Source: an uncultured Candidatus Saccharibacteria bacterium (GTDB lineage: Bacteria; Patescibacteriota; JACPGU01; CAZICA01). Taken from it: 40,823 nucleotides of DNA. Position 1 is the stretch's first letter, and the number at the start of each line of letters is the position of its first letter. The notes under the pieces were generated by a model, which saw nothing but the letters and a program-made list of their open reading frames with translations, searched no databases and was not told the DNA's origin. Made by a program: the position numbers and the translations under genes. Shown one piece after another: positions 17,417-27,537 of this stretch. The stretch covers positions 1-40,823 of the forward strand of contig CAZICA010000005.1 of the NCBI GenBank assembly GCA_964537705.1, given 5' to 3'.

Positions 17417-17851
17417 TTATATCTCTACTTTCTTAAATTTAATATTTGAAAAAGGATGAGATTCATCTGGAAATACCTTTAAATTAGAAAGTAAAACTTT
17501 TGAAAGTCTATTTTTTGGCAACATTCCTTTCACTGCTTTTCTTAATACCTCGGAAGGATTTTTTTTAAAAAGTTCTTCCAAAGTTTTCTCTTTTAATCCC
17601 CCGGGATATCCACTGTGATGGAAATATTTCTTATTCTCAAATTTTTTTCCTGTAAATTTAACCTTTGAAGCATTAATCACTACAACAAAATGTTTGGGAT
17701 TTAAATGAGGAGCAAATCCAGCTTCATCTTTGCCACGTAAAATCAAAGCTATCTGAGTAGCAACTCTTCCTAAGATTTTATCTTTAGCATCAATCAGATA
17801 CCATTCTGGTTTGATCTCTTTTTCTTTTGGCGTGTAGGTTTTAAATTTCAT
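17417..17851 (-). CDS. rplM: 50S ribosomal protein L13
   Basis: 144 aa. [25 protein letters not shown]. Part of the conserved L13-S9 pair. Confidence 0.97.
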   Translation of the reverse strand: MKFKTYTPKEKEIKPEWYLIDAKDKILGRVATQIALILRGKDEAGFAPHLNPKHFVVVINASKVKFTGKKFENKKYFHHSGYPGGLKEKTLEELFKKNPSEVLRKAVKGMLPKNRLSKVLLSNLKVFPDESHPFSNIKFKKVEI

Positions 17852-18201
17852 TATACCAACTCCATTTGAACTAAACGAGCCCCATCTCCTTTTCGGGGAC
17901 CTAATTTAATTATTCTGGTATATCCTCCTGGTCGATCTTTATATTTCGGTGCTAAAACTTCGAGAATTTTCGCAGCTACTCGCTCATCTCCAGTTCTTTG
18001 GATAATTAATCTTCTGGCATGAAGATTTTGTTTTTTTCCTATAGTTATTAACCTCTCAACAAAAGATCTTAACTCTTTTGCCTTTGCCTCGGTTGTAGTA
18101 ATTTTTTCATTCAAAATCAAAGCCTTACCTAAACCTTTTATCAAGGCTTTCCGGGGACCTATTTTTCTTGAAAGTTTTCTTCCCTTTTTTAAATGTCTCA
18201 T
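17851..18201 (-). CDS. rplQ: 50S ribosomal protein L17
   Basis: 116 aa. MRHLKKGRKLSR N-terminus, following rpoA. Confidence 0.96.
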   Translation of the reverse strand: MRHLKKGRKLSRKIGPRKALIKGLGKALILNEKITTTEAKAKELRSFVERLITIGKKQNLHARRLIIQRTGDERVAAKILEVLAPKYKDRPGGYTRIIKLGPRKGDGARLVQMELV

Positions 18202-19130
18202 TTCTCTTCCTTTAAACCCAATTCTTTAAGTTTCTCTAACACTTCTTCCTTTGCTTTTGCTCCAAAACCTTTTAATTTTTTGAAATCTTCTTCAGTAAGC
18301 TCGAGAAGTTGTTTTGTAACTTTTATCCCATTTTTTAATAAGGCATTTAAGGTTCTAGTTGAAAAATCTAATTCCTCGATAGGAGCTTCAAGTAATTCTT
18401 CTTTTACTTCTTTCTCTTTTTCCTTTGGCTCCTGAATTTCTACCTTCTTTTCTCCAGAAATTAGCATAAAATGATCCACTAATATTTTTGAAGCCTCTAC
18501 GAGAGCTTCTGAAGGTTTAATAGTTCCATCAGTTTCTAGCTCAATAGTTAATTTATCAAAATTTGTCATTTTCCCTACACGAGTATTCTCGACAAAATAA
18601 GCAACCTTTTTAATTGGTGAATAAATTGCATCAAGAAATATTTCATTTATTTCCGGTCTTCCTTTCTCTATTTGCTCCACAGGAACATACCCTCTTCCTT
18701 TTTCAGCTTTTAATTCCATAGATAATTTAGCATTAGGACTTTCTAAAGTAGCAATTACTAATTCTGGTGTCACAATCTCAACATCTGGATGCTCTTTTAT
18801 ATCCTTTGCTTTAACCACCCCTTTTCCCTTTGCTTCTAATGTCAATTTGACTGGTTCATCTTTAAATAATTTAAGTCTTAACTGTTTTAAATTCAAAATA
18901 ATCTCAACCACATCTTCCTTAACTCCAGGAATAGTGGAAAATTCATGTTGAACTCCTTCTATCTTTACACTCACTATAGCAGCACCTGGTAAAGAAGATA
19001 AAAGAACTCTTCTTAAACTATTCCCTAAAGTAGTTCCATATCCAGGATAAAGGGGTTCGATTACAAATTTTCCCTGAAAATCAGTTTCTTTTTCTTTTTT
19101 AATTTGAGGCAGAATAATTTCTTCAAGCAT
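18198..19130 (-). CDS. rpoA: DNA-directed RNA polymerase alpha subunit
   Basis: 310 aa. N-terminal domain LGNSLRRVLLSSLPGAA and C-terminal domain LDFSTRTLNALLKNGIKV. Confidence 0.97.
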   Translation of the reverse strand: MLEEIILPQIKKEKETDFQGKFVIEPLYPGYGTTLGNSLRRVLLSSLPGAAIVSVKIEGVQHEFSTIPGVKEDVVEIILNLKQLRLKLFKDEPVKLTLEAKGKGVVKAKDIKEHPDVEIVTPELVIATLESPNAKLSMELKAEKGRGYVPVEQIEKGRPEINEIFLDAIYSPIKKVAYFVENTRVGKMTNFDKLTIELETDGTIKPSEALVEASKILVDHFMLISGEKKVEIQEPKEKEKEVKEELLEAPIEELDFSTRTLNALLKNGIKVTKQLLELTEEDFKKLKGFGAKAKEEVLEKLKELGLKEEK

Positions 19131-19141
19131 ATTCTCCTCCT

Positions 19142-19744
19142 TTATTTAGAATAATACTCAATTATTAATCTTTCCTCTATGTTTTCGCCTATCTCCTCAG
19201 GTTTAGGAAAAGCTAATACTTCTCCTCGCATGGATTTTAAATCAAACTTCAACCAAGGAGGAGTTTCTCTTTTTTTCAAAATATCACTTACATCAGAAAA
19301 AAGAGGTGATTTTGGATCTTTAACCTCAATCACGTCACCCTCTTTTACTCGATAAGAAGGAATATTTACTTTCTTTCCATTTACTTTAATATGCCCGTGA
19401 TTTATAAGTTGTCTTGCCTTCCTTCTCGAAGAAGCTAATCCTAATCTATAAACTACATTAGAAAGTCTTGTTTCTAAAATCTGAAGCAAGGAAATACCTT
19501 TCTTCTTTGCTTCCTTAAAATAATTTTTAAGTTGTCTATCAGTTAAACCATAAATTTCTCTCACTTTGTTTTTTTCACGAAGTTGCCTTCCAAATTCTGT
19601 TAATCTCTTTCTAAGTAGTCCATGTTCTCCTGGTGGATAACTTCTTCTAACAAAAGAACATTTAGGAGTAAGACATCTTTCTCCTTTAAGCATTAATTTT
19701 TCTCCTGCCCTACGGCATCTTTTACAAACAGCTTTTTTTATCAT
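19142..19744 (-). CDS. rpsD: 30S ribosomal protein S4
   Basis: 200 aa. S4 domain RLSNVVYRLGLASSRRKARQLINHGHIKVNGKKVNIPSY and a Cys-rich N-terminus CKRCRR...CLTPKC. Confidence 0.97.
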   Translation of the reverse strand: MIKKAVCKRCRRAGEKLMLKGERCLTPKCSFVRRSYPPGEHGLLRKRLTEFGRQLREKNKVREIYGLTDRQLKNYFKEAKKKGISLLQILETRLSNVVYRLGLASSRRKARQLINHGHIKVNGKKVNIPSYRVKEGDVIEVKDPKSPLFSDVSDILKKRETPPWLKFDLKSMRGEVLAFPKPEEIGENIEERLIIEYYSK

Positions 19745-20137
19745 CTAAACTCTCCTTACCTTTTTAGGTCTACATCCATTATGAGGAATAGGAGTAATGT
19801 CTCTTATAGAATTAATTTTAAGACCCGAGGAAGCCAAGGTCCTTATAGCTAACTCTCTCCCGGCTCCAACACCTTTTACAAAAACATCTACCTCTTCCAT
19901 TCCAAAACTTTTTGCTTTCTCACAAGCAGCCTTTGTAGCTTCTCCTGCAGCATAAGGAGTGCCCTTTTTAGAACCTTTAAATCCTGCACTTCCAGCAGTA
20001 GTCCAGCAAAGAACATCTCCATTGGGATTAGTAAAGGTAATTTTGGTATTATTAAAACTAGCGGAAATATAAACTCTTCCTTTAGTAACTTGTTTTTTGA
20101 CCTTCTTCTTCTTTGTTTTTTTGGTAATTTTAGCCAT
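19745..20137 (-). CDS. rpsK: 30S ribosomal protein S11
   Basis: 130 aa. ISASFNNTKITFTNPNGDVLCW and PHNGCRPKK. Confidence 0.97.
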   Translation of the reverse strand: MAKITKKTKKKKVKKQVTKGRVYISASFNNTKITFTNPNGDVLCWTTAGSAGFKGSKKGTPYAAGEATKAACEKAKSFGMEEVDVFVKGVGAGRELAIRTLASSGLKINSIRDITPIPHNGCRPKKVRRV

Positions 20138-20148
20138 TTTTTAATAGT

Positions 20149-20532
20149 TTACTTTGGAGCTGGTGGTTTTTTCTTTCCGCTTCCTACAGTTACTCTCTTT
20201 CCTCTTTTTGTTCTTGCATTAGTCCGAGTTCTTTGACCTCGAACTGGTAAATTAGCTTTATGTCTTTGACCTCTATAACAGCTTATCTCCTTTAACCTCT
20301 TTATATCTGCTGCTATTTCTCTTTTCAAATCTCCCTCAATTTTATACTCCTTTTCAATAATTTTTTTAATCTCTTCTTTTTCTTCTTCGGTAAGCTCAGA
20401 GGCTTTTTTAAAAGGATCAACATTTGCTTTACTTAAAATTTTAAAACTGGAAGTCTTACCTATACCATAAATATAGGTGAGAGCAATAAATATTTGTTTA
20501 TTATCCGGTATTTCAACTCCTACCAATCTCAT
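20149..20532 (-). CDS. rpsM: 30S ribosomal protein S13
   Basis: 127 aa. [14 protein letters not shown] and [26 protein letters not shown]. Confidence 0.97.
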   Translation of the reverse strand: MRLVGVEIPDNKQIFIALTYIYGIGKTSSFKILSKANVDPFKKASELTEEEKEEIKKIIEKEYKIEGDLKREIAADIKRLKEISCYRGQRHKANLPVRGQRTRTNARTKRGKRVTVGSGKKKPPAPK

Positions 20533-20541
20533 TTTTCCTCC

Positions 20542-20655
20542 TTATCCCTGTCTTTGTTTATGTTTGGGATTTTCACATATTACTCTAACTACCCCTTTTC
20601 TTCTTATAATTTTACACTTTTTACAAATTTTTTTAACTGAGGGCCTGACTTTCAT
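20542..20655 (-). CDS. rpmJ: 50S ribosomal protein L36
   Basis: Absent from the ORF track because it is under 60 aa. The reverse strand of 20655..20542 reads [37 protein letters not shown] followed by TAA. AAGGAG sits 6 nt upstream. It lies in the canonical infA-rpmJ-rpsM position. Confidence 0.93.
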   Translation of the reverse strand: MKVRPSVKKICKKCKIIRRKGVVRVICENPKHKQRQG

Positions 20656-20884
20656 TTTCTTCTCCTTTTTTAAATCTATAAACTATTCTTCCCTTGGTTA
20701 AATCATAAGGTGTTAATTCTATCAATACTTTATCACCTGGAAGAATTTTAATAAAATGAATTCTCATTTTTCCTGAAAGATGACAGAGAACTACCTGACC
20801 TGTTTCTACCTTTACTCGAAACATAGCATTTGGTAGACTTTCGATCACTTCTCCTTTTAATTTTATCACCTCTTTCTCTGCCAT
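20633..20884 (-). CDS. infA: Translation initiation factor IF-1
   Basis: 83 aa. [37 protein letters not shown]...[16 protein letters not shown]. An 11-aa C-terminal tail overlaps the rpmJ start by 23 nt. Confidence 0.95.
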   Translation of the reverse strand: MAEKEVIKLKGEVIESLPNAMFRVKVETGQVVLCHLSGKMRIHFIKILPGDKVLIELTPYDLTKGRIVYRFKKGEENESQALS

Positions 20885-20911
20885 ATTTATTAGTTTATCA
20901 AGATAAATTTA

Positions 20912-21673
20912 TTAAGTCAAGATAAGAGGACCTCTGGAGGTAATTGCTATTGTTTTTTCAAAATGACATGATAAACTCCTATCTTTGGTAATTGCCGTCC
21001 AACCATTTTCTAAAATTTTTATTTCTCCTGAACCAAGACTAACCATTGGTTCTATAGTAAAAGTCATTCCCACTTTAATCTCTTCTCCGGTATTTGGGCT
21101 ACCGATGTTACAAACCAAAGGTTCCTCATGAACTTGAAATCCAACTCCATGGCCGCATAAATTTTTAATCACCGAAAAACCCGATCCTTCTATAAATTTT
21201 TGAACAGCCCATGAGATATCACCAATCTTATTTCCTGGAAATGCTTTTTTAATACCTATATCTAAGGCTTTTTTAGTAACATCGATTAATTTTTTTATCT
21301 TTAAAGGAGGATTTCCAACAAAAAAGCTAACAGCGGCATCTGTAAAAAGACCTTTAAATTGAATCCCTAAATCTAAACTCACTAGATCGTTTTCTTTAAT
21401 TATTTTATTCTCTGAAGGAATACCATGAACTATTTCCTCATTCAAAGAGACACATAAAGCTGTTGGAAAAGGAAATTTATTCTCAGAAGTTGTATATCCT
21501 TTAAAAGAAGGTTTTGCTTGATATTTAGCAATTAATTCCTCAGCAAACTTATTAAGTTCTAAAGAAGAAATTCCTGGCTTGGTTCTTTTTTTAAGTTCAG
21601 CTAAAATGGAAATTAAAATCTTTCCTCCTTCTTTCATCGACTTTATTTCTTCTTCTGTTTTTAATCTAATCAT
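20912..21673 (-). CDS. map: Methionine aminopeptidase, type I
   Basis: 253 aa. DLGIQFKGLFTDAA, CGHGVG and FTIEPM metal-ligand regions. Confidence 0.95.
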   Translation of the reverse strand: MIRLKTEEEIKSMKEGGKILISILAELKKRTKPGISSLELNKFAEELIAKYQAKPSFKGYTTSENKFPFPTALCVSLNEEIVHGIPSENKIIKENDLVSLDLGIQFKGLFTDAAVSFFVGNPPLKIKKLIDVTKKALDIGIKKAFPGNKIGDISWAVQKFIEGSGFSVIKNLCGHGVGFQVHEEPLVCNIGSPNTGEEIKVGMTFTIEPMVSLGSGEIKILENGWTAITKDRSLSCHFEKTIAITSRGPLILT

Positions 21674-22319
21674 TTATTTCTCTTATTCTTTCTATTATTT
21701 TTTTAGAAATTTCATCTATCTCCCCAACACTTCTTATTGGGATAATTCTTCCTTTATAAAACTGAGATAATAATTTTTGTTGAAGTTGATAGATTTCATA
21801 TCTTTTTTCAATAGCCTGAGGTGTCTCATCTGATCTTCTGATTAACCTTCCTCCACAACTACAATTTTTTGGGCAAGGAATTGTATAAATCTTTCCACAT
21901 TTCTCGCAAACTCTTCTTTTATTTAATCTTTTTTTAATTTCTCTTTTTGGAACCTTTAAATGGATAACATAGGGTAAAGGAAAATCGTTTGCTTTTATAA
22001 AACTATTCAATTTCCTTGCTTGACCTAATGTCCTTGGAAATCCATCTAAAATTATACCCTTTGGCTTTTTCTTTAAAAGATTTATTAATTCTGTTTTTAA
22101 AATTAGAAAGACTATTTTATCACCAACAAGCTCCCCTTTTTCTAAAATTGCTTTGATTTTCCTACCTAAATCAGTTCTTTTTCGAGAAAATTTTCTTAAA
22201 AGATCCCCTATTACTAAAAGTTTAAAATTCAATTTTTTCACTAAAATTTTTGCCTGAGTTGTCTTTCCGGAACCAGGAGGTCCATAAATTATAAAAAATT
22301 TTGGCTTAATATTGCTCAT
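21666..22319 (-). CDS. adk: Adenylate kinase
   Basis: 217 aa. P-loop GPPGSGKTT and a short Cys-rich LID CEKCGKIYTIPCPKNCSCGG. Confidence 0.93.
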   Translation of the reverse strand: MSNIKPKFFIIYGPPGSGKTTQAKILVKKLNFKLLVIGDLLRKFSRKRTDLGRKIKAILEKGELVGDKIVFLILKTELINLLKKKPKGIILDGFPRTLGQARKLNSFIKANDFPLPYVIHLKVPKREIKKRLNKRRVCEKCGKIYTIPCPKNCSCGGRLIRRSDETPQAIEKRYEIYQLQQKLLSQFYKGRIIPIRSVGEIDEISKKIIERIREIND

Positions 22320-23580
22320 AAGTTCTCATTGCCAAATGGGCCTCAATCTGTCTAGCTGTCTCTAAAATTACTGAAACAACGATCAAAAGGCCGGTTCCAC
22401 CTATTATGATATTAAAATAAGGATAAGATCTCTGGACAAGTAATGGTAAAATTGCAATTATTCCTAAAAATATCCCCCCAAATAAAGTTATTCTTGTAAT
22501 AACTTTTGAAAGATAATCAGCAGTCTGCTTACCTGGCCTTATACCAGGAATAAATCCTCCTTGTTTCTGAATAGTTTCAGAAATATTTGAAGGATTAAAG
22601 ACCACAGCAGTATAAAAGAAGGTAAAAGCAAATACAAGAAGAAAATAGATAATAATATAAAAAATTGTATTCGGTTGGAATAAAGATTCTCCATAACTTG
22701 CTAAAGAAGCAATAAAAGGAGTTCTAGCGCTGGTGAAAAACCGTGCTATTACTGCTGGGAAAATCATAATCGAAAGAGCGAAAATAATAGGAATAACACC
22801 TGCTGTATTAACCCGAATAGGAAGGTAGGTCTCTCCTCCACCATAAATTCTCATTCCTCTTATCCTTCTAGCATAGCAAATCGGTATCCTTCTTTCTCCT
22901 TGTTGGATTACAATTATAAAAAAGATAACAAAAGCAGCAAGTAAAAGAAGTAAAACAAAAATAAGATATTTTGATGGATCTAAAACAGAAACGGTATTTC
23001 TTACAGATACCGGAATTCGGGAAATAATTCCTAAAGTAATTATTAAAGAAATCCCATTACCTACACCCTTTTCTGTAATTAATTCTCCAAGCCACATTAA
23101 AAATATGGTTCCAGCAGAAACAGATATTATAATTGTAAAAAGTTCAAAATTTGTTATTTCTGGCAAAATTTTTTGTCTTCCTCCAACGACAGTTACCATT
23201 CCATAAGCTTGGATCATTGCTAAAGGAAGAGTTAACCAACGAGTATATTGATTTAATTTTTGTCGTCCAATTTCTCCTTCCTTTGCTAAAGCTTCCAAGG
23301 AAGGAACAATGGTCGTTAGAAGTTGAATTATAATTGAAGCAGAAATATAAGGAGCAACCCCCATCATTACGATAGAAAAAGAACTCATAGTTCCACCAGA
23401 AAGCATGTTCAGAATGCCAAAAATTCTATTCCTATTGAAAAATTCAGCCAAAACATCTGCATCTACTCCAGGAATGGGAATATGAGCAAGTAACCGACAA
23501 ATTACCAACAACAAGAAAGTAAAAAGGATTTTTCCTCGAAGATCTTTTAATTTAAAAACTTTAAATATTTTTTGAAACAT
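22306..23580 (-). CDS. secY: Preprotein translocase subunit SecY
   Basis: 424 aa, polytopic membrane protein. Canonical position between rplO and adk. Confidence 0.96.
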   Translation of the reverse strand: MFQKIFKVFKLKDLRGKILFTFLLLVICRLLAHIPIPGVDADVLAEFFNRNRIFGILNMLSGGTMSSFSIVMMGVAPYISASIIIQLLTTIVPSLEALAKEGEIGRQKLNQYTRWLTLPLAMIQAYGMVTVVGGRQKILPEITNFELFTIIISVSAGTIFLMWLGELITEKGVGNGISLIITLGIISRIPVSVRNTVSVLDPSKYLIFVLLLLLAAFVIFFIIVIQQGERRIPICYARRIRGMRIYGGGETYLPIRVNTAGVIPIIFALSIMIFPAVIARFFTSARTPFIASLASYGESLFQPNTIFYIIIYFLLVFAFTFFYTAVVFNPSNISETIQKQGGFIPGIRPGKQTADYLSKVITRITLFGGIFLGIIAILPLLVQRSYPYFNIIIGGTGLLIVVSVILETARQIEAHLAMRTYEQY

Positions 23581-24025
23581 TTTTTAATATAGTTACTTTT
23601 CCTCCAATTTTTTCTAATTTTTTAATCGCAGATTTCGACGCAGCTTCTACCTCTATTTCAATCTTTTTTTCCACTTCTCCCTCCCCCAATAATTTCACTG
23701 GCAAAGAAGTTTTTTTAATCAGCCCTGCTTCTTTTAATTTTTTCTTATCAACTTTTTCTCCTTCTTTAAATATATTTAAGTCTTTAAGATTTATTATTTT
23801 ATATTCGATCTTTTTTCTTGACTTAAATCCTCTTTTTTTAGGTAATCTCATTATTAAAGGAGTCTGACCTCCTTCGAAACCAGGCCTTAACTTAAAACCT
23901 GACCTCGATTTTTGGCCTTTAGTGCCTCTTCCAGCTGTTTTTCCTCCGCCCGCAGCAATTCCTCTACCTACTCGTTTTTTCTTCTTTTTAGAACCTTCTT
24001 TTGGTTTTAATTCTTGAATTTTCAT
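23561..24025 (-). CDS. rplO: 50S ribosomal protein L15
   Basis: 154 aa. RVGRGIAAGGGKTAGRGTKGQKSRSG. Confidence 0.96.
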   Translation of the reverse strand: MKIQELKPKEGSKKKKKRVGRGIAAGGGKTAGRGTKGQKSRSGFKLRPGFEGGQTPLIMRLPKKRGFKSRKKIEYKIINLKDLNIFKEGEKVDKKKLKEAGLIKKTSLPVKLLGEGEVEKKIEIEVEAASKSAIKKLEKIGGKVTILKNVSKNI

Positions 24026-24486
24026 TTTCTTTCCTCTTCTACTTCTTTTTTAGATCTCAAAGATTTTAATGCAAAAAAGGTCGCCTTAGTAATATTAATT
24101 TTATTTTTTGTTTTTCCTTGAATTTTTGCTACAATATCTTTTATTCCCGCAAGTTCTACCACAGGTCTTACTAATCCTCCTGCAATAATCCCTGTTCCTG
24201 GTTTCGCAGGTTTAAGCAAAATTGCAGCACCTTTAAAACTATATTTAACTTCATGAGGAATAGTGCTTTCCGTTAAAGAAATTTTGCTTAAATTCTTTTT
24301 AGCAGCACTAACAGCTTTAAGAACAGCTTCGGTTACTTCAGAAGCTTTTCCTTGTCCAATTCCGACTTTCCCAGCTTTGTTCCCAACCACAACCAAAGCT
24401 CTAAAACTAAGCCTTTTTCCTCCTCTTTGAACCCTTGTAACTCGATCTACTGCAACTACCCTTTCTTCAAATTCTTCATTCTCCAT
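24022..24486 (-). CDS. rpsE: 30S ribosomal protein S5
   Basis: 154 aa. VTRVQRGGKRLSFRALVVVGN. Its stop overlaps the rplO start, leaving no room for an L30 gene. Confidence 0.96.
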   Translation of the reverse strand: MENEEFEERVVAVDRVTRVQRGGKRLSFRALVVVGNKAGKVGIGQGKASEVTEAVLKAVSAAKKNLSKISLTESTIPHEVKYSFKGAAILLKPAKPGTGIIAGGLVRPVVELAGIKDIVAKIQGKTKNKINITKATFFALKSLRSKKEVEEERK

Positions 24487-24495
24487 TTTTCCTCC

Positions 24496-24897
24496 TTAGA
24501 AAATAAGACCTCCTTCACGCGCTCCTTCAGCAGCTGCTTTTACTCGACCATGATATTTATAGCCACCTCGATCAAAAACTACTTTTTCTATTCCTTTTTC
24601 TTTAGCCTTTTCTGCTAATAGTTTCCCAACCCTAAAAGCTATTTTAACCTTGTTTGTCATCTCCTTTTCTTTATCAGTTTCTTTAATCTTTTTTTTCTTT
24701 AATTCTAGATCGGATGCAGCTGCTAAAGTATGACCCTTTTCATCATCAATTAATTGAAGATAAATATGTTTTGTTGATCGGAATACTGAAAGACGAGGTC
24801 TGGAAGCAGTTCCAAAAATTTTTGCTCTTATTCTTCTTCTTCGAGCAAATCTTTTTTTATATTTTTCAGCTGTTCTTTTTCTGATTTTAGTTTTCAT
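24496..24897 (-). CDS. rplR: 50S ribosomal protein L18
   Basis: 133 aa. [30 protein letters not shown] and [14 protein letters not shown]. Confidence 0.96.
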   Translation of the reverse strand: MKTKIRKRTAEKYKKRFARRRRIRAKIFGTASRPRLSVFRSTKHIYLQLIDDEKGHTLAAASDLELKKKKIKETDKEKEMTNKVKIAFRVGKLLAEKAKEKGIEKVVFDRGGYKYHGRVKAAAEGAREGGLIF

Positions 24898-24905
24898 CTT
24901 TCCTT

Positions 24906-25454
24906 CTAACTCCCTACGACCGCTTTAGCTGCCTTTCCTGGTTTTCTTCTTATAATCTCATCAGTATATTTAATTCCTTTTCCTTTATAAGGTTCAGGTG
25001 GTTTCACTCTTCTAATTCTTGCTGCCATTTCTCCTACTTTTTGCTTGTCTATTCCTGAGACGGTAATAATATTTTTCTCAATATTAACCTCTATCCCTTC
25101 CATTATTTTTAATTTTACTGGATGAGAAAATCCAACCCAAAGCCAAAGCTCTCTATCTTTTTTCTCTGCCCTAAATCCTACTCCTACTAATTCTAAAGAT
25201 TTTTTAAACCCTTTGGTAACTCCTTCCATTTTCCAGGCTATCAATTGTCTTACAAGGCCATGAAAAGCTTTTATTTTTTTATGATCCGAAGTTCTTTCGA
25301 CTTTAATAAGATTATCCTCTTTTTTTACTTTAATTCCTTCTAAAATTTCTTGCTCCAACTGACCCAAAGGTCCTGAGATTAAAACCTTATTTCCTTCTAT
25401 TTTTACATTAACCCCCTCTGGGATCTCAATAGGTTTTTTTCCTATTCTAGACAT
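24906..25454 (-). CDS. rplF: 50S ribosomal protein L6
   Basis: 182 aa. [17 protein letters not shown] and [11 protein letters not shown]. Confidence 0.96.
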   Translation of the reverse strand: MSRIGKKPIEIPEGVNVKIEGNKVLISGPLGQLEQEILEGIKVKKEDNLIKVERTSDHKKIKAFHGLVRQLIAWKMEGVTKGFKKSLELVGVGFRAEKKDRELWLWVGFSHPVKLKIMEGIEVNIEKNIITVSGIDKQKVGEMAARIRRVKPPEPYKGKGIKYTDEIIRRKPGKAAKAVVGS

Positions 25455-25463
25455 ATTTACCTC

Positions 25464-25850
25464 CTACCAAATTTCACAAAGGATTTCCCCACCAATTTTC
25501 TTTTTCCTTGCTTCTTTATCTGTCATTATTCCTGATGAGGTAGAAATAATTGCAACACCTAATCCACCTAAAACAACAGGAATTTTTGAAGCAGATACAT
25601 AGACCCTTCGACCAGGTTTTGATATTCTTTTCAATCCATGAATAACTGGTTTTTTATCTTTATATTTAAGATAAATTTTCAAAAAAGGAAGATCCTTTTG
25701 TTTAATTTCTCTAAAATCTTTAATAAAACCTTCTTTTTTAAAAATAGAAAGCATTTCCCTTTTTACTTTAGAAAAAGGAACTATTACAGTTTTGTGCCCA
25801 ACCATCTGAGCATTTCTAATACAAGTTAACATATCAGCAATAGGATCCAT
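25464..25850 (-). CDS. rpsH: 30S ribosomal protein S8
   Basis: 128 aa. [13 protein letters not shown] and [33 protein letters not shown]. Confidence 0.96.
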   Translation of the reverse strand: MDPIADMLTCIRNAQMVGHKTVIVPFSKVKREMLSIFKKEGFIKDFREIKQKDLPFLKIYLKYKDKKPVIHGLKRISKPGRRVYVSASKIPVVLGGLGVAIISTSSGIMTDKEARKKKIGGEILCEIW

Positions 25851-25859
25851 TTATTCCTC

Positions 25860-26069
25860 CTACCAACTTGCTTTTCTAATTCCAGGAATTTCGCCTTTTC
25901 CAGCAAGCTCTCTAAAGCAAATTCGACAAAGACCAAACTTTCTTAAATAACTTTTCGATCTACCACAGAGCCTACAACGTGAATAAACACGAGTTTTATA
26001 TTTAAGTTTGCCTTGCTCCTTCGCTTTTTGTAATTTTTCTGCTTTGACAATTAAAGCTTTTCTAGGCAT
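25860..26069 (-). CDS. rpsN: 30S ribosomal protein S14, zinc-binding type Z
   Basis: 69 aa. [23 protein letters not shown], ending RKASW. Confidence 0.95.
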   Translation of the reverse strand: MPRKALIVKAEKLQKAKEQGKLKYKTRVYSRCRLCGRSKSYLRKFGLCRICFRELAGKGEIPGIRKASW

Positions 26070-26613
26070 TTTTTTCCTCCTTAAAAGGGAACCCTAAAAG
26101 TTTTAAAAGCATATAACCCTCTTTATCGTCTTTAGCAGTAGTAGTTATATTTACTTGAAGTCCATGAATTTTTTCTGCGCTTTCAAATTGAATTTCAGGA
26201 AAAGCAATATGCTCTGCTATTCCTATTGAATAATTCCCTTTTCCATCAAATCCTTTTGGATCCAATCCTCTAAAATCTCTAATTCGAGCTAGAGTAACAT
26301 TAATTAATTTATCTAAAAATTCATACATTCTATCTCCCCTTAAAGTAACCTTCAATCCTACAGGCATCCCCTTTCTAATTTTAAATCCTGCTATAGACTT
26401 TTTTGCAAAAGTTTTTACAGGTTGTTGACCCGTTATTTTAGCTAAATTAGCAGCTGCTTCTTCAAAAAAGCTCGGATTACTAACACCTTTCCCTGCTCCT
26501 ACATTTAAAACTACCTTTTCTATTTTAGGAACAGCTAAATCATTCTTGTATCCAAAAATTTCTTTCATTTTGGGAATAACTTCGTTTTTATATTTTTCTT
26601 TAAGTCTTACCAT
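26062..26613 (-). CDS. rplE: 50S ribosomal protein L5
   Basis: 183 aa. [21 protein letters not shown]...[11 protein letters not shown]. Confidence 0.96.
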   Translation of the reverse strand: MVRLKEKYKNEVIPKMKEIFGYKNDLAVPKIEKVVLNVGAGKGVSNPSFFEEAAANLAKITGQQPVKTFAKKSIAGFKIRKGMPVGLKVTLRGDRMYEFLDKLINVTLARIRDFRGLDPKGFDGKGNYSIGIAEHIAFPEIQFESAEKIHGLQVNITTTAKDDKEGYMLLKLLGFPFKEEKNA

Positions 26614-26627
26614 CTCTTATTTAAAAA

Positions 26628-26936
26628 TTACCCTATTGCTTGCCCACACTTAGCACAAATTCTTTCTTTCTCTTTTTTTTCTCCTCTATATTTAACTCTT
26701 GTTGGTTTTGAGCATCGAGGACATAAAAGCATCACATTTGAAACATCCAAGGGTGCAGGAAATTCTATAATTCCTCCTTGAGGGTATTTTCTTGATGGTC
26801 TTACATGTTTTTTTCTGATATTAATACCCGTTACTATAATTTTATTCTCTTTAGGAAGAGCTTTTTCAACCTTTCCTGTTTTTCCTTTATCTTTCCCTGT
26901 TATCACTAAAACTGTATCTCCTTTTTTTATTTTCAT
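26628..26936 (-). CDS. rplX: 50S ribosomal protein L24 (with a Cys4 motif)
   Basis: 102 aa. MKIKKGDTVLVITGKDKGKTGKV (KOW motif) and CPRC...CAKC in the C-terminal part. Confidence 0.95.
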   Translation of the reverse strand: MKIKKGDTVLVITGKDKGKTGKVEKALPKENKIIVTGINIRKKHVRPSRKYPQGGIIEFPAPLDVSNVMLLCPRCSKPTRVKYRGEKKEKERICAKCGQAIG

Positions 26937-26945
26937 GGTTTCCTC

Positions 26946-27314
26946 CTATACCACCTCTGGGGCTAAAGATATTATTTTTGTAAAACCTTTTTGTCTTAAT
27001 TCTCTAGCAACAGGACCAAAAATTCTAGTCCCTTTTGGTGATCCATCTTTGTTAATTATAACACAAGCATTTTCATCAAATTTTAATGTAGTTCCATCAG
27101 GTCTTTTAATTTCTTTTTTTTGTCTAACTAAAACAGCTCTAACAATCTCCTTTTTAGAAACAACCCCTCCTGGACGTGCTTCTTTTACAGAAGCTGTAAA
27201 TACATCTCCCACTCTTGCATATCTTCTTTTAGATCCACCTAAAACTTTTATACATTGAACTATTTTTGCTCCCGTGTTATCAGCTACTTTTATCTTTGAC
27301 ATGTGTTGAATCAT
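26946..27314 (-). CDS. rplN: 50S ribosomal protein L14
   Basis: 122 aa. [17 protein letters not shown]. Confidence 0.97.
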   Translation of the reverse strand: MIQHMSKIKVADNTGAKIVQCIKVLGGSKRRYARVGDVFTASVKEARPGGVVSKKEIVRAVLVRQKKEIKRPDGTTLKFDENACVIINKDGSPKGTRIFGPVARELRQKGFTKIISLAPEVV

Positions 27315-27537
27315 AGATTACCCTCCATCTTTTTGTTTTAGAAAAAGGACGAGATTCGATTATTCTCACCAAATCTCCTTCTTTAAAAACTTCTTTCTCA
27401 TCATGTGCTGCATATTTTTTTGTAACTCGATATTTCTTTTTATAAAGTGGATGAGTCTTATATCTTATCACTTCTACAATTACAGTTTTTTTTGGTTTCG
27501 CGGAAACTACTTTTCCTTCTAATATTTTTTTAGGCAT
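27280..27537 (-). CDS. rpsQ: 30S ribosomal protein S17
   Basis: 85 aa. [20 protein letters not shown] and SKTKRWRV. The tail overlaps the rplN start by 35 nt. Confidence 0.95.
   Translation of the reverse strand: MPKKILEGKVVSAKPKKTVIVEVIRYKTHPLYKKKYRVTKKYAAHDEKEVFKEGDLVRIIESRPFSKTKRWRVIYDSTHVKDKSS

Noticed and set aside
26935-27258. 107-aa plus-strand ORF antisense to rplN. Similar cases are 30313..30624 opposite rplW, 18193..18435 opposite rpoA and 10418..10708 opposite the propeller gene.
   Set aside because: These are shadow ORFs on the strand opposite highly conserved genes. Their compositions mirror the sense strand, and nothing supports them independently.
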